Assembly (NCBI GenBank): GCA_965202985.1
Contig: CBDBCF010000001.1
Location: 2,144,001 to 2,208,000, forward strand
Origin: Longimicrobiales bacterium
GTDB taxonomy: Bacteria; Gemmatimonadota; Gemmatimonadetes; Longimicrobiales; Gaopeijiaceae
Reading direction: 5' to 3'
DNA: 64,000 nucleotides
Part shown: positions 48,047 to 58,297 of the stretch, in pieces
Layout of the letters: every line of letters starts with the position of its first letter
Numbering within the stretch: the stretch's first letter is position 1
Notes under the pieces: generated by a model
Told to the model about the DNA's origin: nothing
Database searches by the model: none
The model's input: only the letters and a program-made list of their open reading frames with translations
Made by a program: the position numbers and the translations under genes

Positions 48047-49324
48047 ATGAGAACGGCCGTCGTCGCAGGTTGCCGGACGCCCTTTGCGCGGGCGGGGACG
48101 CACTTCGAGGGGCTGACGGCGATCGACCTGGGGCGTCACGCCGTTCGGGAGCTGCTGGCGTGGGCCGATGTGGTGCCTGCCGACGTGGATCACCTGGTCT
48201 TCGGCACCGTGGTCCACGATCCGCGTGCGCCCAACATGGCCCGCGAGGTCGGGCTGTCCACGCTGCCGCCCTCCGTCCCCGCGGTCACCGTGTCCCGGGC
48301 GTGCGCGTCGGCGAACCAGGCGATCGCCGACGGGGCGGCGCTCGTTCGAACGGGCCAGGCCCACGTGGTGGTGGCGGGCGGTGCCGAGTGCCTGTCGCGA
48401 GTCCCGATCTTGGTGTCGCGCGGGCTGTCGAAGGCGCTGACGTCGGCGTCCAGGGGCAAGACGCTGGGCGCCAAGCTGCGCGCGTTCGCAGGGGTTCGGC
48501 CCCGAGACCTCCTGCCGGTTCCGCCGGCGATCGCCGAGTACTCCACGGGCGAAACCATGGGCGAAGCGGCCGAACGGATAGCCAAGGAGAACGGAATCTC
48601 CCGCGAGGACCAGGACCGATGGGCGGCGGCGTCGCACCACAAGGCCCACGCGGCCACCGAGGACGGCCGCTTGCCCGCCGAGATTGCGCCGTTGTACGTG
48701 CCGCCCGACTACCGAACCACGGTCGCAAAGGACAACGGCATCCGGCCGGACACGTCGCGGGAAGCGCTGTCGGCGTTGCGGCCCGTCTTCGACCGGCGGT
48801 TCGGTTCGGTCACGGCGGGCAGCTCGTCCGGCCTGACCGACGGCGCGTCCGCGGTGCTCCTCATGTCCGAAGATCGGGTTCGCGCGCTGGGCATCGAGCC
48901 CCTGGGATACGTCCGAAGCTGGGCCTTCGCCGCGCTGGACCCCCGCGCGCAACTGTTGCAGGGACCCGCCTACGCGGCCCCGATCGCGCTGGATCGAGCC
49001 GGCCTGTCCATGGCGGAGATCGACCTAATGGAGATGCACGAAGCCTTTGCCGCCCAGGTGCTCTCCAACCTGCGGGCCCTGGACTCGGACGACTTCTGCA
49101 AGCGCGAGCTGGGGCGGCTCGCCCGCGTGGGCCACCCGGACCCCGAGCGCATCAACGCGGCAGGCGGCTCGATCGCCGTCGGCCATCCCTTCGGCGCGAC
49201 CGGCGGTCGCCTGACCGTCACGCTGCTGAACGAGCTGCGCCGGCGCGACGGCCAGTTCGGCCTGGTCACGGTGTGCGCCGCGGGCGGCCTGGGGTTCGCG
49301 ATGGTCCTGGAGCGTAGCGGCTGA
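48047..49324 (+). CDS. fadI: Acetyl-CoA C-acyltransferase (FadI-type thiolase)
   Basis: RTPF, SRACAS (catalytic Cys), MHEAFA, GHPFGATG, CAAGG. Confidence 0.9.
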   Translation: MRTAVVAGCRTPFARAGTHFEGLTAIDLGRHAVRELLAWADVVPADVDHLVFGTVVHDPRAPNMAREVGLSTLPPSVPAVTVSRACASANQAIADGAALVRTGQAHVVVAGGAECLSRVPILVSRGLSKALTSASRGKTLGAKLRAFAGVRPRDLLPVPPAIAEYSTGETMGEAAERIAKENGISREDQDRWAAASHHKAHAATEDGRLPAEIAPLYVPPDYRTTVAKDNGIRPDTSREALSALRPVFDRRFGSVTAGSSSGLTDGASAVLLMSEDRVRALGIEPLGYVRSWAFAALDPRAQLLQGPAYAAPIALDRAGLSMAEIDLMEMHEAFAAQVLSNLRALDSDDFCKRELGRLARVGHPDPERINAAGGSIAVGHPFGATGGRLTVTLLNELRRRDGQFGLVTVCAAGGLGFAMVLERSG

Positions 49325-49448
49325 CCTGTCCGCCGGACGGGGGCTCGGGGTCCATTCGCATCTCAGCGATCGTCATTTCGCGCAGGCTGGCGTCCGCCTT
49401 CAGAGTCCGCGCGGGCGATCGTGCACGGTGGCGCTTCAAGCTCGGGGG

Positions 49449-52115
49449 TCAGCGGGGCGGCGGCTCCGGCTCCGGGATGCGCGCCACGATCACCCGTGCC
49501 CACAGCGGCAGGCTCACATGGAACACGGCGCCGTCGTCCGCCGTCTGGGCGCGGAAGTCGTGGATTCGGAAGCCGCTCTCGCCGATCTCCCCCCGGTACG
49601 TCGAGGTGCGGGCCAGCGCTGCCGCGGCAACGGCGGATGCGTCGTCTGCGCCGGTGAGCGTGACCGGCCAGGGGTAGCGCCCCGGAGGGTTGGGCGACAC
49701 GAAGATCTCGGCGGCCGTAGGGAAGTCGAACGACGTGAAGCGGGGCGTCTCGGTGCTGACCAGCGATGCCTCCGCCCCTGCGACGGCGACGGCGACCGCG
49801 TGGCTCGTCAACAGGTCGGCCAACGATTCCCCCATGTGGTCGGTCAAGCCTGCGATACCGGACCGCGCGGTCGAGTCGTTCAGCGCAGAGACGAACGCCG
49901 CGTCGTCGGCCAGCGACGAACCGGCGCCGGCGAACCAGTCGCGCAAGAACCTGTGGAAGTGCCATCCGCTTCCGTACACGTAGCCCAAGTCGAACGGCTC
50001 GAACGTCACGGCGTTCGGATCGACGGAGAACGCAAACACCGTCCCGGCTGCGACGCCCCACACCCCGTAGAACTCGGCAAACGCGCTTTGTCGCCCGTCT
50101 CGGAGCATCTCCCCCGTCAGGCGGGCAGTCGCCGAGGGGCCGCCGGCGCGCTCCCAGGCCAGCCGCGAACTCATCTCCGTGGCAATTTCCGCCCTGCCCT
50201 CTTCGATCCACACCTGGTGAAACCGACGATCGCCCGGATCGGCGCCTCGGTGGTACCAGCCGCGCACGCGCTTGTACAGTGAACTCACGTGCTTGACTTC
50301 GTGCACCATCAACCCGAGCACCCAGTGCTGGTCTTCGTCCAGCGAATTGAAGGCGTTGGCGCTCATGTACACGATCTCCATTTCGTTGGAGACCGCGCAG
50401 TCGGCGGTGGAGACCAGCATGTCGTTGCTCGTCACGTAGCCTTGCCAGCCCGTCTCCGTCAGCAGCGGGTTGATCAGCACCACGACCCGGCCGTCTCCGT
50501 TCACGTCGCTGACGCCGCCGAAGTAGCGGTCGATTACCTCGGCGCCGTGGTCCGCATAGTAGTCGATCACCGTGCGGACGTTGTCGAGCGACACGGGCGA
50601 CGTGGTCGTTTCGTCCTCGTAGACCGCCAAGTGCTCGTCCTCGGCCAAGAGCTTGGCGTTCACGGTCAGGTCAACTTCGCAACGGTTCCATGGGTCCGCG
50701 ACGTCGCGACGGGCCACCCGGAAGGTGCGACGGCTCGGGCTGGTCTGGGGTTGGACGACGGGGGCGGCGCCCTCCGCACGCGACCGAGCGCCGGGTCCCC
50801 GTTCAAGGATGCCCGCCAACCGGCCCTCTGCCGCCCAGCGATCGAAAAGCTCGGCCTCTTGTTCGCGAATCCGGCGATGGAATCGGTCGTTGGCCAGCAT
50901 GATATCCAGGCCATTGCGCGGCTCCCCGGCACGGCCGGTCGAGGCGCGTCGCTGCGCCTGCCGCCTGCCCCGCTCCGGCTCCGGCCGACGATCGCTCTCC
51001 GCAGCCGCGACGCCCTCGACGGCCAGCTCCACGGGAAGGATGCGTTCTCCCGTTCCCGACGTCCCGACGATGACGACCCGATAGTAGGCGCCCGCCTCGG
51101 GAGCGCGGACGAAGAAGCCGCAGGGCTGGATCTCCGAAGCGTTCATGACACGGACTTCTCCCGTTTCCAGGCCCAGCGGACCGTCGCACACCCGCAAGTT
51201 AAGCCTTTGCTCTGCTGTTCCGCCGTCGGAATCGACGACCTGCACGTCGAAGCCGGAGAAGCCGGTCTCCGTGGGCGTTCCGTGGATGGCGCCCTCCGGG
51301 TCCAGCGCGAGCCCGGCGGGCAGGCTGCTCCCCCCGACCAAGCTCCACGTGTAGCCCTCCCGGCTTCCGCCCCTTGCGGCCAGCGTATCGCCGTACGCAA
51401 GAGTCAACCGGCCTTGCTTGAGCGAATCGGTGACGACTGCAAGGCGCTCCGGCGCTGCGGTTGCGTGAAAGGTGGCCGTGAGGTCGCCGGCAGAAGCCGA
51501 CGCGAGCTGCGCAGAATCGATGCCCAGCGTCCACGTGGCGCGGGCAATGCCGTCGGCCGCCGTGCGCTCGAAGGCCGGGGACACGGAGCCGCCTCCGGAA
51601 GCCACTCGGAAGGTGACGGTGATGTTGCTGGCGGGATGCCCGTTGGCGTCCGAGACCAGAACCGCGATTGGCACGGGCAACGCCTCGCCGGCGAAGCCCT
51701 GCTGCCCGTCGCCTTCGGCCTTCTCCATGGCGCGGGCCTCCTGACGAACCGCCGCCCGTGCGTTGCCCCGCGCCGGCCCAGCGCGAGCCGTAACCACGGC
51801 GTCGCCCGCCGCTACGGCAGTGGCCAGGCCGGTCGAAGCGTCCACGGAAACGACGCCCGCGTCGCTGGTGGTCCAGCTTACGGAGACGCCGGTCATGACG
51901 TCCCCGTTCTGGTCCCTGACCTGGGCCGAGAACTGCACGGTCTCGTCGATCGCGGTGAACGTGGCCCGGTCGGGCGACACCGACACGCTGGCAGGCACGG
52001 GCTCGGGCGCGGACGACGAATCGCCGCACGCGACTGCGACGCCGCACGCAACTACGGCCAGAGTTGCTCCAAACAGGCGGCGACTACTGGGTCCGCGGCG
52101 GTGCTTGGTGTTCAT
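49449..52115 (-). CDS. Surface lipoprotein with Ig-like repeats and a C-terminal HExxH metallopeptidase-like domain
   Basis: Lipobox VAC; Big_2/He_PIG-like repeats (SWTTSD.GVVSVD, LPAGLALD); DVNGDGRV; HEVKH...WIEEG.AE. Confidence 0.75.
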   Translation of the reverse strand: MNTKHRRGPSSRRLFGATLAVVACGVAVACGDSSSAPEPVPASVSVSPDRATFTAIDETVQFSAQVRDQNGDVMTGVSVSWTTSDAGVVSVDASTGLATAVAAGDAVVTARAGPARGNARAAVRQEARAMEKAEGDGQQGFAGEALPVPIAVLVSDANGHPASNITVTFRVASGGGSVSPAFERTAADGIARATWTLGIDSAQLASASAGDLTATFHATAAPERLAVVTDSLKQGRLTLAYGDTLAARGGSREGYTWSLVGGSSLPAGLALDPEGAIHGTPTETGFSGFDVQVVDSDGGTAEQRLNLRVCDGPLGLETGEVRVMNASEIQPCGFFVRAPEAGAYYRVVIVGTSGTGERILPVELAVEGVAAAESDRRPEPERGRRQAQRRASTGRAGEPRNGLDIMLANDRFHRRIREQEAELFDRWAAEGRLAGILERGPGARSRAEGAAPVVQPQTSPSRRTFRVARRDVADPWNRCEVDLTVNAKLLAEDEHLAVYEDETTTSPVSLDNVRTVIDYYADHGAEVIDRYFGGVSDVNGDGRVVVLINPLLTETGWQGYVTSNDMLVSTADCAVSNEMEIVYMSANAFNSLDEDQHWVLGLMVHEVKHVSSLYKRVRGWYHRGADPGDRRFHQVWIEEGRAEIATEMSSRLAWERAGGPSATARLTGEMLRDGRQSAFAEFYGVWGVAAGTVFAFSVDPNAVTFEPFDLGYVYGSGWHFHRFLRDWFAGAGSSLADDAAFVSALNDSTARSGIAGLTDHMGESLADLLTSHAVAVAVAGAEASLVSTETPRFTSFDFPTAAEIFVSPNPPGRYPWPVTLTGADDASAVAAAALARTSTYRGEIGESGFRIHDFRAQTADDGAVFHVSLPLWARVIVARIPEPEPPPR

Positions 52116-52278
52116 GAAGCAAAGGTGGGCATCAAAGGAGATCAGGGCAAGGCGCGGAGGTGGCATACACCGGCGGCGGCCCGGCTTACTTGCCTCGTCC
52201 CCTTGCATTACCTACCATCTTCACTCCGGCAACTCAATCCAGACAGACGAAGAACGGTCCTGCAAGGAGACGAGAACA

Positions 52279-53316
52279 ATGCACAGCTTGCTTCGGTGGC
52301 CAGGCGTGGTACGCAAGACGATCCGGGCTGGCTTCTGCGCTGTCGCGCTGGTGTTGTTGCCCGGCTGCGAACAGGACAGCGGCGGCCTGCGGGTCGCGTT
52401 CACAACCACGGCGGGCAATTCGGACCGAACCTTTGTGGACACGCCGGACTCGCTCGTCATGCTGCTGGGGCGGCCACCACACGGCCTCGGCCACCCGGTG
52501 ACGGCGAGGGTATCCAACGAGGGGGACATCTATGTCGCCGACTTTGGGAACGTCGTGGTGCGCCGGTTTGGTGCCGGCGGCGACTTCGTCCGGGACTACG
52601 GGGCGGGGCGGGGCGAGGGACCCGGCGAGTTTCAAGCGCTTGTGGACGTGGAGGTCGACGAGATGGGCCGGGTTGCCGGGTTTGATCCGATGCTTTCTCG
52701 GGTAGTGGTGTTCGACGCGACGGGCGGCGTGGTAGAGACGATCCCGATCCCGGCTTCCGGCTTTCGGTTTGCGCGCATGGCGAACGGCGACCTAGTCGTG
52801 GACGCCATGGACAGCCTTCTTTTCCGCAGGGTCAGCGCCGACGGAAGTACGGTTCTTGCCTTCGGTGAACTGCTGGAGAGGGAGCAGCGGGCGAACGCCA
52901 TTGCCATTACCGGGGAGTTTGCCCCGGCCGGCGACTGGGTGGTCTACGCAGGAACCTATGGCGGCGTGCTGGCAAGTTGGTCGACACTCGACGGCAGCGT
53001 TCGCTACATTCGGCCCGCGGTAGTCAAACGCCCATTCCCAGTGCCCGTAAGGAGAGGCGAGGCAATACTGGTTGCGCCGGAGGATCGAATCGCCGCTTCA
53101 TTCGGCCTCCACGTGGACGGCGGCCGCGTATTTGTGCTCGCCTATGCCGACGGGAGCAAGGTGGCCGACGTGTACGAAACCGCCACCGGCGACTACCAAC
53201 ACTCCTTCCATCTGCCGGATCAGGATGCGACCGGAATCACCGTGTCGGGGGATCGCTACCTGTTCACGGCCGATACGCTGGTGAGCGTGTGGGAACACCG
53301 TCGCTCCCGCGAATGA
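52279..53316 (+). CDS. Six-bladed beta-propeller (NHL-like) lipoprotein
   Basis: AAGGAG RBS; LLPGC lipobox; GDIYVAD and GRGEGPGEF. Confidence 0.78.
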   Translation: MHSLLRWPGVVRKTIRAGFCAVALVLLPGCEQDSGGLRVAFTTTAGNSDRTFVDTPDSLVMLLGRPPHGLGHPVTARVSNEGDIYVADFGNVVVRRFGAGGDFVRDYGAGRGEGPGEFQALVDVEVDEMGRVAGFDPMLSRVVVFDATGGVVETIPIPASGFRFARMANGDLVVDAMDSLLFRRVSADGSTVLAFGELLEREQRANAIAITGEFAPAGDWVVYAGTYGGVLASWSTLDGSVRYIRPAVVKRPFPVPVRRGEAILVAPEDRIAASFGLHVDGGRVFVLAYADGSKVADVYETATGDYQHSFHLPDQDATGITVSGDRYLFTADTLVSVWEHRRSRE

Positions 53317-53322
53317 GCGCGC

Positions 53323-54339
53323 TCACGCTCTCCGCAGTTCTTCCAGCGCTCGCTTGACGTAAACCGGGACCATCGCTCGGCGCCAGTCCGCGTCCACGAT
53401 CGTGTTCTCCAGGGGTCGGCACTGCTCGCCGGCGCGTTCGGCCAGCCGTTCCGTCAGCGTGCGCCCGAGCCGTCTTCCCGCCGCCACCTCGCTCCAACCG
53501 GAGAGCACCCTGGGCCTGGCGCCCAGCGCCGACACAACGCCAACGATGTTCGCCACCGTCCCGTCCTCGTCGAAGTCGCCGGCGACCGCCACCGACAGCA
53601 GGGGGAAGTCGATCGACTTGCGCTGCCGCAGCTTCTGGTAGGCGCTCCGCCGACGACCGTCGTTCGCAACCGGCAAGAACACGTCGGTGACCACTTCGCC
53701 CCGGGCCAGCCGACGGTTCAGGATGCCGTCCGTAACGAAGAAGTCTTCGGCGGCGATGCGGCGTCGCCCTGCGGGGCCGGCAACGGCCAGCTCGGCGCCC
53801 AAGGCGATCAGCATCGGCGGCGTGTCGGCCGAGTGGGCGGCCACGCACTTCTTGCCGACTTTGGTGACGTGGCAGATGTCGCCGTCCTTCTTCAAGCAAC
53901 CGCCCAGCGCCCGCCGCCAGAACTCGGTCTGGTTGTAGTAGGTGCAGCGCGTGTCCAGGCACACGTTGCCGCCGATCGTGCCCATGTTGCGAAGCTGCGG
54001 TCCTGCAACGAGCCCCGCGGCGTCGGCCAACCCGGGGAAGCAACTGCGAACGGCGGGGTGACCGGAGACCGACGCCAGCGTTTCCAAGGCGCCGATCCGG
54101 AGCCAGCGAGACGGGCGGGGGATGTCGCCGTCGCCCTCCACGAACCCGATCCCCTTCATTGCGGCGATTCCGTTGAGCGAGACGACGTGCGCAGGCGTGA
54201 AGAGACGATGCTTCATGTTGGGCATCAGGTCGGTGCCGCCGGCGATTGGCATGGCCTCGGGGCCGTGCTCCGACAATAGTGCGGCGGCGGCGTCCAGCTC
54301 CTGCGGGCGGTGGTAGCGGAATGGGTGAAGCCGGAGCAC
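53323..54339 (-). CDS. hcrB: FAD subunit of a xanthine-oxidase-family enzyme with [4Fe-4S] insert (4-hydroxybenzoyl-CoA reductase beta-like)
   Basis: AGGTDL, QLRNMGTIGGN; Cys insert RCTYYNQ..WR...GGCLKKDGDICHV...KCVA. Confidence 0.8.
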   Translation of the reverse strand: MLRLHPFRYHRPQELDAAAALLSEHGPEAMPIAGGTDLMPNMKHRLFTPAHVVSLNGIAAMKGIGFVEGDGDIPRPSRWLRIGALETLASVSGHPAVRSCFPGLADAAGLVAGPQLRNMGTIGGNVCLDTRCTYYNQTEFWRRALGGCLKKDGDICHVTKVGKKCVAAHSADTPPMLIALGAELAVAGPAGRRRIAAEDFFVTDGILNRRLARGEVVTDVFLPVANDGRRRSAYQKLRQRKSIDFPLLSVAVAGDFDEDGTVANIVGVVSALGARPRVLSGWSEVAAGRRLGRTLTERLAERAGEQCRPLENTIVDADWRRAMVPVYVKRALEELRRA

Positions 54340-54349
54340 GGGGCGTCGC

Positions 54350-55270
54350 CTACGCCGGGTCCACGGGGCGCGCCACCATGATGCCGTCCTGGCCTTGGAT
54401 GTCCTGGATGCGCTGGGAAAGGGACTTGTCGCTGATCTGGACGTGGGAGCCGACGAGCGGCGCGTGAAGCAGCCGCAGCTTTCCTTCGCGCCAAACGGCG
54501 ATGCCCGTGTGGGCCACGTCCAGGCCGGGGACCGTGCTGGTCGCTGCGACGATGTCGCCCGTGCGGATGTCGCCGGAGACGGCCTCGATCTTGTTCGCAG
54601 TGATGTAGAAGCGGGGCGCCTTGCTTAGCCGTGCCTCGATCCCGGCCACTTGGGCAAGGACGGTCGGGTCGCCCAGCTGGCGGTAGGCCGCCGGATGCGT
54701 GGACATGAAGTCGATGGCGGACGAGTCGGCCGCCCCGCCCAAGCGTTGGGACAGGCCCCGCACCAGTCCCTTCTCCTGCGCGTCCGAAATCCACTCGCTG
54801 AAGTAGTGAAGGCGACTGGCGTAACCGTCCATGGCGCCGCCCCGATATCGGACGCGGGCAAGTTCCCGGCGGTACGCAGCCCGAAAGTGCTCCGTGTCCC
54901 TCGACGAGACGGGCGGCGCGGCTCGGACCAAGCGCGCCAGCACCAGCACGTTCTCGACGAAGGTCACGCAGTCCAGCGCCTCCAAGTTGATCACCAATCG
55001 TTCCGGCCCCGGCAGCTCCAGCGTGCCCGGCTCGTAGGCGGTCCCCAAGAACTGCTCGCCGATCCTGGCCACCACGTCTCCGAACTCCGGTGCCCGGTCC
55101 AGCCCCTCGGCTCGCGCCCACTCGACGCGCTCGCGAGCAATCTCCCAATCGCGCTCCGTGCCGGACGCCGGCCGCGAGTCGACAACCCCCTCCTGGGCGC
55201 TCCCGCATGCGGCGGCGATCAACGCTGCGCACAAGCCCACGGCCCCGGCGACCCCAGCCCTCGGCTTGCG
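54350..55270 (-). CDS. DUF1460 (AmiA-like, NlpC/P60 fold) amidase region, in frame with the upstream Mo subunit
   Basis: Internal lipobox LIAAAC, FLGTAY, LDCVTFVE, RLHYFSEW, GLDVAHTG. Confidence 0.8.
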   Translation of the reverse strand, partial: RKPRAGVAGAVGLCAALIAAACGSAQEGVVDSRPASGTERDWEIARERVEWARAEGLDRAPEFGDVVARIGEQFLGTAYEPGTLELPGPERLVINLEALDCVTFVENVLVLARLVRAAPPVSSRDTEHFRAAYRRELARVRYRGGAMDGYASRLHYFSEWISDAQEKGLVRGLSQRLGGAADSSAIDFMSTHPAAYRQLGDPTVLAQVAGIEARLSKAPRFYITANKIEAVSGDIRTGDIVAATSTVPGLDVAHTGIAVWREGKLRLLHAPLVGSHVQISDKSLSQRIQDIQGQDGIMVARPVDPA

Positions 55271-57619
55271 TCTTGCAACATGCTCGGCGTCCTCGCTCTT
55301 CGGGGTCGCCTCTTGCAGCGCCCGCCACACCCTGGGCGGCGAGAACGGAAGCGAGTTCATGCGCACGCCCACGGCGTCGTAGATGGCGTTCGCAATTGCC
55401 GGGATCGACGGGTGCAGCGGCCCTTCGCCCGCCTCCTTGGCGCCGTACGGTCCCTCGGGATCGATCGACTCCACGATCAGCGACTCCAGCGCCGGCGTGT
55501 CCAAGCTTGTCGGGATGCGGTAGTCCAGCAACGAAGGCGCGTTGTGCAGGCCGGCCCGCCCTTCGTCCGCGCTCTTGAAGATGTGCTCCTCCATGAGCGC
55601 TTCGGCGAACCCCATGTAGGCCGACCCTTCCATCTGCCCCTCCACCAGCACCGGGTTCAACGCCCGGCCGCAGTCGTGCGCGATCCAAATCTTGTGCACG
55701 TCCACGAACCCCGTCTCCGGGTCCACGTCCACTTCCGCCACGTGCGCAGTGAACGAATACGCGGGCGACGCGCCGATCGTTGCGCCTCGGTAGTCGCCGT
55801 GAATGTCCTTCGGCGTGTTGTACGATCCCGTGGCGCCCAACGTCCCGAAGACGGCTTCGGCCCGCTGAAACGCGTCCCGAATGGACATTTGCACGCCCGT
55901 GTCTCCGGCCTGCACGGCCAGCCCGCCGGCCAGCAGCACTTCGCCCGGCTTGACTTCCCACTCCTTGGCCACGGCCTGTTGCACCTGCGACTTGATCTTG
56001 CGCGCCGCGTCGATGCAAGCGTTGCCCAGCATAAAGGTGACCCGCGACGAATAGGCGCCCAAGTCCACCGGCGTGAAGTCCGTGTCTCCCGCCAAGACGC
56101 GAATGTGCTCAAGGGGAACGCCGAGTTCCTCGGCCACCACGTACGCCACCATCGAGTCCGCCCCTTGCCCGATCTCGGAGGCGCCGGAGAAGACCGACAC
56201 GCGCCCCGATCGGTCCACCTGCAGCTGCACTCCCGACTGGGGCATGTCGTTGGGATAGACGGGGTAGTTGGTGCCCGAGATGTATGTGGAGCCGGCCACG
56301 CCGACACCCCGCCCGAACGGCAGCTTGCGGAACTTGTCCCGCCAGCCGCTGGCCCTCTCCACGGCGTCCAGGCACTCCAGAAAGCCGTTGGACGACACGC
56401 GGAAGCCGTTCACCGTGGCTTCGCCCTGCTCCAAGGCGTTGCGCCGGCGCAGTTCAACGGGGTCCAGGTCCAGCGCTTCGGCGATGCGGTCCAGCTGCAC
56501 CTCGAACGCGAACCGGGGCTGGACGGACCCGTGACCCCGCTTGGGACCGCACGCCGGCTTGTTGGTGTAGGCGCGCGTGGAGTGGAAGCGGTAGGCGGGC
56601 ATCCGGTACGGCGCCGTGAGCAGCTGGCCCGCGTAGTAGGTCGTCACCAGCCCGAACGAAGCGTAGGCGCCCCCGTCCATGACGATCTCGGCGTCCACAG
56701 AGGTGAGCCGACCGTCCCGGTCCGCCCCGGTCTTGTACTTCATGTGGAAGGGATGGCGGCCGCGGTGCGCGTAGAAGACTTCTTCGCGGGTGTAGAGTAT
56801 CTTGACCGGGCGGCCCGTGTTCATCGACAGCTTGGCCACGCAGAACTCGAGGTCGAAGGGCTCGGACTTGCCGCCGAACGCCCCGCCGACCGGCGGCTGC
56901 ACGACCCGCACCATGGCGGGGTCCAGCTCCAGAACGCGGGCCAGCTCTCGGTGCAGATAGTGCGGAACCTGCGTGGCGGACCACACCGTCAGCTTGCCGC
57001 TGCCCTCCGCCAGTCCGATGGCGCAGTGCGGCTCGATCGGCGTGTGCGTGGTGCCCTCGAAGAAGTAGTCGCCCTCCACGACGATATCGGCCTCCGCGAG
57101 CCCGCCCTCCACGTCGCCGAACGCCAGCTTCACCACCTTGGTCACGTTGCCGTTCCTGCCGGGCTTGCGGGGCTCGTGGATGAAGGGTCCCGACTTGGCG
57201 GCGATCGCGTCGAAGGGGTCCAGGTAGGCGGGAAGCTCCTCGTACTCCACGACGATGCGATCCAGCGCGGCCAGCGCCGTCTCCTCGTCGTCGGCGGCCA
57301 CGGCGGCCACCCCGTCGCCCACGTACCGCGCGCGGTCCACGCACAGCGGATGCTCGTCCGGTGTCCACGGAATGATCCCGTATGTCGCGGGCATGTCTCG
57401 ACCGGTCACGACGGCGTGAACGCCCGGCATGGCTTCGGCCGTCGAGGTGTCGATCGAAACGATGCGCGCGTGCGGGTGCGGGCTTCGCAGGATCTTGCCG
57501 TGCAGCATCCCGGGCAGGCGAAGGTCGTCGGTGTAGCGTGCGCGGCCCGTTGCCTTGGCCAAGCCGTCCACCTTGCGCATCCGCCGACCGATGGCGGCAA
57601 AACCTGTCCGCGTGGTCAT
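55271..57619 (-). CDS. hcrA: Molybdopterin-binding large subunit (4-hydroxybenzoyl-CoA reductase alpha-like); frame stays open to 54350
   Basis: KATGRARYTDD, GGAFGGK, KRGHGSVQPRFAFE, EIGQG, GQMEG, GAKEAGE. No stop after the normal C-terminus. Confidence 0.8.
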
Positions 57620-58104
57620 GGCGTGCTCGGGCCGGCAAGGGGCCGACCCCGCGCGGCGGCGGCCTCCACGGCGTCGTATATCTTCTCGTAGCCGGTGCAA
57701 CGGCACAGGTTGCCGGCCAGCGCGGCCCTGATCTCCCTGCGGGACGGCGACGGATTCCGCTCCAACAGCGCCGCCGCGCTGCACAAGATGCCCGGCGTGC
57801 AGAACCCGCACTGCGCCGCCCCCGCCAAGTCGAACTCGTCCTGCAGCGGATGCGGCTCGGTTCCACGGGACAGGCCCTCCACGGTGCGCACCTCTCGTCC
57901 TTCCGCTTCCCGGACCGGCGTCAAGCAGGACAGCACCGCCATGCCGTCCAAGACGACCGTGCACGCGCCGCAGTCGCCCTTGTCGCAACCCTGCTTCGAG
58001 CCGGTCAGTCCGAGCCCGTAGCGCAACGTCTCCAACAGGGTGTAGTGGGCCGGCACTCCGCAGACCCGTTCGTCTCCGTTGACTTGCAAGCGAACGATCT
58101 CCAT
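57616..58104 (-). CDS. hcrC: [2Fe-2S] small subunit (HcrC/CoxS-like)
   Basis: GCDKGDCGAC, QCGFCTPG, NLCRCTGY. Confidence 0.9.
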   Translation of the reverse strand: MEIVRLQVNGDERVCGVPAHYTLLETLRYGLGLTGSKQGCDKGDCGACTVVLDGMAVLSCLTPVREAEGREVRTVEGLSRGTEPHPLQDEFDLAGAAQCGFCTPGILCSAAALLERNPSPSRREIRAALAGNLCRCTGYEKIYDAVEAAAARGRPLAGPSTP

Positions 58105-58120
58105 GGCGCGCCTCCTGTGC

Positions 58121-58258
58121 CTAGCCCCTGGCTGGCTTGACGCCGCCCCGCCGCCCCAGGCCGTAACCCACCCTGAACACGTCGGGAATGTTGACGCGGC
58201 CGTCCAGCAGCCGTTGGAAGATGCTCAGCGCTTCGAGGTCGTCGCGCTGAGCCGTCAC
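58121..58258 (-). pseudogene. 3' relic of an Sll1717-like P-loop ATPase (paralog of 8772..10289)
   Basis: Manual translation VTAQRDDLEALSIFQRLLDGRVNIPDVFRVGYGLGRRGGVKPARG* aligns with GDYLIELGIVRKRTDDRIDVPDLYLFGFGLRRKGGVR. Confidence 0.7.
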
Positions 58259-58297
58259 TCAACTTGGCCTCGATCCCTCCCGAAGCAAAGGTTGGGT

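Noticed and set aside
54650..57691. 1013-aa plus-strand ORF and similar long antisense or alternative-frame ORFs (e.g. 4512..6710, 31392..33392, 50289..52685)
   Set aside because: They overlap well-supported genes, are Arg/Gly/Pro-rich or antisense mirrors, and show no motifs.
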